Notes under the pieces: generated by a model
What the model saw: only the letters and a program-made list of their open reading frames with translations
The model's database searches: none
Told to the model about the DNA's origin: nothing
Program-made: the position numbers and the translations under genes
Part shown: piece by piece, positions 58,905 through 64,000 of the stretch
Numbering within the stretch: position 1 is the first letter of the stretch
How the letters are laid out: every line of letters starts with the position of its first letter
Source: Thermoanaerobaculia bacterium
Lineage (GTDB): Bacteria > Acidobacteriota > Thermoanaerobaculia > UBA5066
Direction of reading: 5' to 3'
Assembly (NCBI GenBank): GCA_963719225.1
Contig: CAVRAY010000001.1
Location: forward strand, 3,232,001-3,296,000
Length of the DNA: 64,000 bases

Positions 58905-59339
58905 TCAGACGCTGACCCTTTGAATGAATTCACAGGTCAGGGTCACGGTCTCCATTGGCGACGTCCCTCCAGGATTGCCCTTGAGGACGCCGACGTGGAT
59001 CCGGGTCGGCCAGGCATTTTCCAGATAGTACCGGGCCACCGGCTTGCCGTCGGTGCGGTGGAGCACCAGGAAGCAGTTCTTCTTGGCCGCCGTCGAAGCT
59101 CCGCTCGCGGCCAGCTGCCAGGCGATGTGGCGGTCGTCGTTGCTCCGGGGACGAATGAACTTGAGAATGGTCGAGGTTCGAACCCCGGAGAATCGATTGA
59201 TGAAAACCGATTCGCTCTCAACGCTTGAAATGTAATCGACGGAGCCGGCCTGGGTGCTGATGCTTGCAAGTTGCGTGAAGGAGGCGATCTCGCGTCCGTC
59301 CTCGATCAGGCTGAATCTTGCGGCGGCGATGGGCGGCAT
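58905..59339 (-). CDS. Phage/eCIS tail tube protein (T4 gp19/Afp1-like), orphan
   Basis: IASF..L..I; W....G....KKNC.LVL...DGKPVARYYLENAWP.RI.V..LK.....METVTLTCE; TATACT and AGGAG upstream. Confidence 0.78.
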   Translation of the reverse strand: MPPIAAARFSLIEDGREIASFTQLASISTQAGSVDYISSVESESVFINRFSGVRTSTILKFIRPRSNDDRHIAWQLAASGASTAAKKNCFLVLHRTDGKPVARYYLENAWPTRIHVGVLKGNPGGTSPMETVTLTCEFIQRVSV

Positions 59340-59432
59340 GCTCCAACGCTCCTACGAAAAAGTATAGCCGTGATTCAAGGGCGTCGCGAGTGCGTGGGAA
59401 TGGACCCCGGCCAGGGTTTGCGTGCGAACGGC

Positions 59433-59523
59433 GCGAGCGGAGATCCGGGGACGTTCGTGGTGCGCGTGTCTCGCGATGCTTCCGGCCGCGAGATCCGGTG
59501 GGAGTTTCTTTCCTGGAAGTGAC
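59433..59523 (+). repeat. Direct repeat copy 2 (orphan 3' gene fragment ASGDPGTF...WEFLSWK*)
   Basis: 82/91 nt identical to 58769-58859. Confidence 0.9.
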
Positions 59524-59531
59524 CGCCTTGC

Positions 59532-61814
59532 TCAGTCCTCGCCGTTCTCGTCCTTCGCCGCGCGTTGAAGCGCCTGCTTGAAGCGCGGATCGCCGTGCAG
59601 CGAGTCCAGATCGTCGTCGTGCCGGATCTGATTCGGTGAGTTGTAGCCCGCGTCGATCGCCTGGAAGAGGCGCTCGAAGGCCTTGTCCTTCTCCTCGAGA
59701 CGCGCATGGGCGCACGCGAGGTTGTAGAGCGTCGCCGGTTTGCGATAGCCGAGCTCGAGAGCGCGCGTGAACGCCGTGAGCGCCTGCTCGGGCCGCTCCG
59801 CGAGAAGCTGTGCGTATCCGAGGTTGTAGTGCGCGCGGCCGCTCTGGGGATGCGCCTTCGCGTACGCCACGTAGTGCGGCACCTCCTCGCGCCAGGCCGA
59901 GCGGCGCCGGAAGAGGCGCGAGACGCCGGTCTCGAAGTTCGACATCGAGAGGGCGAGGTCCTCGGCCTTCTTTCGGAGCTGCGCGAAGCGGGGGTCGTCG
60001 TGCAGCGTGTCGAGATCGTCGTCGCGCCCGATGAGGCCCGGGTCGTCGAAGCCCGCCTCGAGGGAGGCGTCGAGCGCGTCGAGCGCCTGCGGCACCTTGC
60101 CGGCCCGCGCGAGCGCGCACGCGGCGTTGTACGTCGAGGCGCCCGTGCGATATCCGAGCGACGCCGCCGTGCGGAACGCCTTCTCGGAGAGGTCGAGCTT
60201 CTCGGCGTTGAGGAGCTCCCTTCCGGCTTCGTACCAGCGGGCTCCGTTCTTCGAGCCCTCGGCCGAGAGCTTTTCGAAGCGCTTGACGGCGCGCACCGTA
60301 TCGGCCGTCTTCCCCTCCGCTTTCGCGGCGCGCGCCACCTTCTTCAGCTCGGCGAAGCGCGGGTCCCGGCGCAGGGAGTCGAGATCGTCGTCCCTCCCGA
60401 GGTAGGACGCGACGTCGAAGCCTAGCTCCATCGCCTTGTTCAGCCACGTGAACGCTTCGTCCTTTCGCCCGGCCAGCGCATAGGAGCAGGCGGCGTTGTA
60501 TGCGGCGGTGTCTTCCCGATAGCCCAGCTCCGCCGCTTTGCCGTAAGCCTCCGCCGCCTCGAGGAAGTTATCGTCGTGATAGAGCTCCCTGGCGTGCGCG
60601 TATGCCGCCGATCCGCTCTTGTCTTTGCGGTTGGCCGCGAAGACGACGACGGGGACGGTCTTCACGGCCGCCGCCTTCACCTTCGGGCAAGGGGCCTCCG
60701 TCGGAGCCGCCACGGCCGCGACGAGAGGCTCGTCGCCCTCCGGCAGGGCCGCCATCGCGGGCCGGGCGACACCGGGCACGGCCGCGGCGAGCACGAGCGC
60801 GGCGGCGATTCCAGCGGCCGCGAGCGAGGCCGTCAGGATCCGCGAGGGCGCCCGGCGGCGCCGTTCGGGATCGAGAATGGCGCGCACGCGCTTTTCGAGA
60901 TCCGAGGGGCGCGCCATCGCGAGAACGGGCATCTCCTCCGCAGCTCCGAGCCCCTTCACGATGCCGACGAGATGCGAGGCGTAGTCGGATGCCCGCGTCC
61001 CGTTTCCGAGCACGAGATCGTCCGACGCCTCCTCGGCGCTCCGCTTGAGATGCCGGGCGACGACGTGAACCAGCGGATGGAACCAGTAGGCCGCGGTCGT
61101 GACCTCGGCGACGAGAAGCGCGCCCAGGTCGCGCCGTGAAACGTGCGCGAGCTCGTGCAGGAGGACGACGCGCAGCCGCTCGCGCGGCCACGTGCGCGCG
61201 GACTCCGGCAGCACGAGAACGGGACGAAAGAAATTCGCCGTCATCGGCACGAGTGCTTCCGGCGAGAGGAGAACCGGGACGGTCCGGTTCAGGCCGAGCC
61301 GCGCGGACGCCTCCACCGCGAGAGCCTCGAGGTCCGAATCTCCGGCGGGCCGTGCGTTCCGGATGAGCGTCCGGGCCCGATGGAATCCGACGGCCAGGGC
61401 GGCGAGCGGCACGAGGCCGCCGAGGAGCCAGAGAAACGCCGCGACCTGCGCGAATCCGAGATCGGGGGTCGTGAAGGCCTTCCGGGGACTCTGCGTGAAA
61501 CCGGGCTCCTCGAGGGGAGGCACCTGTACGCCGACGCGCCCGGAGAAGCCCGCGAGGGCGACCGGGACCTCGGATCGCTCGGGAAGCGCGGCGCGCGTCT
61601 CGGGCAGGGGCCTCGGGGCGGGGGAAAGCAGCGGGATCTCCCAGCGCGGCAGGACGAGCCCGAGCACCGGCACGGCGAGCGCGAGAGCGAGACCGAGGAG
61701 CGCGACGAGATGGCGGCTCGCCGCCGAGGCGCGCGCGAGCGCCCGGAGGGCGAACGCCGTCACGAGGAGAAGGAGCGTGGCCTTCACGAGTGAGGCGGCG
61801 AGGAACGCGTTCAT
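59532..61814 (-). CDS. BlaR1/MecR1-type M56 peptidase with extracytoplasmic TPR-like repeats
   Basis: LLHELAHVSRRD, YWFHPL, EEASDD; three YN.AC..A...DDDLD.L..DPRF repeats. Confidence 0.88.
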   Translation of the reverse strand: MNAFLAASLVKATLLLLVTAFALRALARASAASRHLVALLGLALALAVPVLGLVLPRWEIPLLSPAPRPLPETRAALPERSEVPVALAGFSGRVGVQVPPLEEPGFTQSPRKAFTTPDLGFAQVAAFLWLLGGLVPLAALAVGFHRARTLIRNARPAGDSDLEALAVEASARLGLNRTVPVLLSPEALVPMTANFFRPVLVLPESARTWPRERLRVVLLHELAHVSRRDLGALLVAEVTTAAYWFHPLVHVVARHLKRSAEEASDDLVLGNGTRASDYASHLVGIVKGLGAAEEMPVLAMARPSDLEKRVRAILDPERRRRAPSRILTASLAAAGIAAALVLAAAVPGVARPAMAALPEGDEPLVAAVAAPTEAPCPKVKAAAVKTVPVVVFAANRKDKSGSAAYAHARELYHDDNFLEAAEAYGKAAELGYREDTAAYNAACSYALAGRKDEAFTWLNKAMELGFDVASYLGRDDDLDSLRRDPRFAELKKVARAAKAEGKTADTVRAVKRFEKLSAEGSKNGARWYEAGRELLNAEKLDLSEKAFRTAASLGYRTGASTYNAACALARAGKVPQALDALDASLEAGFDDPGLIGRDDDLDTLHDDPRFAQLRKKAEDLALSMSNFETGVSRLFRRRSAWREEVPHYVAYAKAHPQSGRAHYNLGYAQLLAERPEQALTAFTRALELGYRKPATLYNLACAHARLEEKDKAFERLFQAIDAGYNSPNQIRHDDDLDSLHGDPRFKQALQRAAKDENGED

Positions 61815-61815
61815 G

Positions 61816-62217
61816 TCAGCGGCCCTCCTTGCGGGCGTCGGCGATGAGACGGGAAAGGCGCTCGAGCTCTTCCCCGCTCAGCGGGTTCCTGGATTCCAGG
61901 AGCATCGCGGCCACGGCCTTTTCCGTGGAGCCGTCGAAGAACGTCTGGAGAAGGTTCTGAAGCGCCGATCGACGCGCCTTGTTCCTCGGCACGATCGGGC
62001 GGTAGACGTAACGCCCGTTTTCGAGGACGTGCGTGAGATGGCCCTTGTTCTCGAGAACGCGCAGCATCGCGCGGACCGCGGAATAGCCCGGAGGATCCGG
62101 AAGCCTCTCGAGCACCTCGCCGGCCGCGGCCCGGCCCTCGCGGTACAGGATGTCCATGATCTGGCGCTCGCGCCGGGAGAGGTGGAGCTGGTCGGGCGGG
62201 TTGATCGTCTTGGGCAT
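61816..62217 (-). CDS. BlaI/MecI/CopY family repressor
   Basis: LSRRERQIMDILY, YSAVRAMLRVLENKGHL, FFDGS. Confidence 0.92.
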   Translation of the reverse strand: MPKTINPPDQLHLSRRERQIMDILYREGRAAAGEVLERLPDPPGYSAVRAMLRVLENKGHLTHVLENGRYVYRPIVPRNKARRSALQNLLQTFFDGSTEKAVAAMLLESRNPLSGEELERLSRLIADARKEGR

Positions 62218-62267
62218 GAAGTTCTCCAGAAGATTTTCTTGGAAGGGTGAGAGAAATCCTCCTTGCC

Positions 62268-62321
62268 TGCTAGAAAATTAGCATGTGCTGGAAAAATAGC
62301 CCCCGGTCCCGGGTCTGTCAA
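62268..62321 (-). promoter_or_regulatory. Sigma70-type promoter with two tandem 16-bp operator palindromes for the BlaI-like repressor
   Basis: TTGACA (62321-62316), 17-nt spacer, TATTTT (62298-62293); TGCTAgaaaatTAGCA at 62268-62283 and TGCTGgaaaaaTAGCC at 62286-62301. Confidence 0.7.
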
Positions 62322-62403
62322 GGGACGAAAGCGCCTTTTTCATGCCTGGAGATACGCGGAGACGGGCCCGCAGGTTTCGCCCGGCGGGAGGATCGGGCCG
62401 TCC

Positions 62404-62838
62404 CTACTTCGCTGCCAGCACCTTCTGGACGCGCGCCGAGAACATGGCGAACATCTTCCCCCCCACCGCCGTGTTCCTCGCGACCCATTCCGCGTTCTGG
62501 AAGGCGTACGGGGACACCTCGCGCCGGAACTCGCCGAGGTACGGGTCGACCCGGGCGAACAGGTACATTCCCTCGCCGTTCGACTCCATGAAGTAGTCCG
62601 CGTTCACGATGCCGTGCTTCACCAAGCCGTAGACCATCTCCCAGTAGGTCGTCGTTTGGCGCCAGGCCGCGTTGAGGGGGTGGTCGGCTTTCGTGACAGC
62701 CTGGACATCGGCGAACGATTTCGGCCAGAAGTCCCGGTTGATCGCGTTGCGCGAGTCGCGCATGACGCTCTCGCGACGAAGCTCATAGGCGCGGAACGCG
62801 AGTTCGGCGTCGTGGTGGTCGGGGTGTTCCTTGCTCAT
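62404..62838 (-). CDS. Conserved hypothetical protein (DUF4760-like)
   Basis: DAEL..R.YELRRE.VMR.SR; YWEMV...VKHG; TACAGT 8 nt upstream. Confidence 0.7.
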   Translation of the reverse strand: MSKEHPDHHDAELAFRAYELRRESVMRDSRNAINRDFWPKSFADVQAVTKADHPLNAAWRQTTTYWEMVYGLVKHGIVNADYFMESNGEGMYLFARVDPYLGEFRREVSPYAFQNAEWVARNTAVGGKMFAMFSARVQKVLAAK

Positions 62839-62873
62839 GGGCCGGAACTGTAACGCACCGACTCGCGGCCGGG

Positions 62874-63170
62874 TCAGCCGCGGATGGGCGTATAGCCCGT
62901 GCAGAAGTGATCGACCATCCTCAAGTCAACCGTCGGCCGGGGCGTCTGCCCGTTCGAGCGCAGCCGGAAGATCTCGAAGCGCACGCCCGGCCTCGCGACC
63001 GCGCGGACCTCGAGCCGGTGGATCGCGTCGGGCGTGACCGCATAGGGACCACATTCCTCGCAGTCCACGGAAAACCCCCGCTCGGAGGAGGCGAAGAGGA
63101 CGTGCTCCTCTCCCACCGAAGCCGGAAAGCCGCAGAGGAAACACGCGCGGGAGGATGGATCCGCGACCAT
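62874..63170 (-). CDS. Small zinc-ribbon protein
   Basis: CFLC...CEECG.Y. Confidence 0.5.
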   Translation of the reverse strand: MVADPSSRACFLCGFPASVGEEHVLFASSERGFSVDCEECGPYAVTPDAIHRLEVRAVARPGVRFEIFRLRSNGQTPRPTVDLRMVDHFCTGYTPIRG

Positions 63171-63218
63171 TCGATCCCGAGTCTACGCCGCGGACTGCGG
63201 CATGCTACGTTCCCCACC

Positions 63219-64000
63219 ATGAAGAAGCCCGCCGACGGCGTCGCTATCCTCCTTCCCCTCATGGCCCTCCTCCTCGTGCGGTCCCCACGGGCCCGCGCCG
63301 CCGAGCCGGCCGCCAGAACGCCCTATCCGCCGAGCCGGACCGTGAGCGTCACGGACGTCCTGCACGGCGTTCCGGTGAGCGACCCTTATCGCTGGCTCGA
63401 GGAAGCGAAGCGACCCGAGGTACAGGCCTGGATGAAAGCGCAGGACGACCTCACGCGCCAGCGCCTCGCCTCCCTGCCCGGGCGCGACGCGATCGCCGCG
63501 CGGCTCAAGGAGCTCTATTACATCGACTCCGTCTCCGCCCCGCAGCACCGGGGAACCCGGTATTTCTTCACGCGGAAGCATTCGGACAAGGAGAAGAGCG
63601 TCGTCTACTGGAAAGAAGGACCCGACGGAGCGGAAAAAGTGCTTTTGGACCCGAACACCTGGAGCGCGGACGGAAGCGCCTCTCTGGGCGGATGGCAGGT
63701 TTCCTGGGACGGGACCCGCGTGGCCTACCAGAAGAAGATCAACAACTCCGACGAGGCGACGCTTTACGTCATGGACGTCGCGAGCGGAGCGGTTTCCGAC
63801 GTGGACGTCATCGAGGGCGCCAAGTACGCTCACGCGTCGTGGACGCCGGACGGCAGGGCGTTCTACTACACGTGGCTGCCCGTGGATCCGAAGATCCCGA
63901 CGGCCGACAGGCCGGGCTACGCGGAGGTGCGCCTGCACAGGCTCGGCTCCGCCCCCAAAAGCGATGCCGTCGTGAAAACGAGGACGGGTGATCCGACGCT
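63219..64000 (+). CDS. Prolyl oligopeptidase (S9A), partial
   Basis: Signal peptide; DVLHGVPVSDPYRWLE, VLLDPN, SWTPDG. Confidence 0.9.
   Translation, partial: MKKPADGVAILLPLMALLLVRSPRARAAEPAARTPYPPSRTVSVTDVLHGVPVSDPYRWLEEAKRPEVQAWMKAQDDLTRQRLASLPGRDAIAARLKELYYIDSVSAPQHRGTRYFFTRKHSDKEKSVVYWKEGPDGAEKVLLDPNTWSADGSASLGGWQVSWDGTRVAYQKKINNSDEATLYVMDVASGAVSDVDVIEGAKYAHASWTPDGRAFYYTWLPVDPKIPTADRPGYAEVRLHRLGSAPKSDAVVKTRTGDPT

Noticed and set aside
58905-59339. Prophage or complete eCIS/T6SS locus
   Set aside because: No sheath, baseplate, spike, capsid, terminase or integrase genes nearby
59271-59522. 83-aa ORF ending WEFLSWK as a real gene
   Set aside because: It overlaps the tube gene start on the opposite strand, and only the last 29 aa are homologous; treated as a duplicated fragment
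58769-59523. Repeat pair as a DGR template/variable repeat
   Set aside because: Mismatches are not adenine-specific (five involve C in copy 1) and there is no reverse transcriptase in the window
1-64000. Many long overlapping or antisense ORFs (e.g. 32351-34474, 36901-39282, 41778-43451, 11384-12937)
   Set aside because: Arg/Pro/Ala-rich shadow frames typical of high-GC DNA, overlapping well-supported genes

Overview
GC-rich bacterial chromosomal window with densely packed genes. The gene content and the secreted-protein domains suggest Acidobacteriota, possibly Thermoanaerobaculia (inference). About 55 CDS are supported, mostly housekeeping, envelope or secreted proteins. I saw no rRNA, tRNA, CRISPR array or transposase. 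Main points of interest: (1) a fluoride locus at 43.7-50.1 kb, where a canonical fluoride riboswitch with an SD-sequestering hairpin controls a dynamin-like GTPase, divergent from two un-called small membrane proteins, a CPA2 antiporter, crcB and DUF190; (2) an orphan contractile-tail tube gene between two ~90% identical copies of the 3' end of a secreted repeat-protein gene; (3) a lower-GC island encoding a zinc protease fused to an FrpC-type self-processing module with Ser-Pro instead of Asp-Pro; (4) a dispersed near-palindrome TTTCT-N-AGAAA in purine-rich patches, mostly inside genes; (5) a cruciform REP-like element read in frame within a lipase-CHAT fusion; (6) an STT3/AglB-like oligosaccharyltransferase coupled to a catalytically degenerate beta-lactamase-fold lipoprotein. 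Also present are a toxin-antitoxin relic, an internally deleted phosphatase gene, two probable sequencing frameshifts and many apparently leaderless genes. All family assignments come from motif recognition by eye; no database searches were run.
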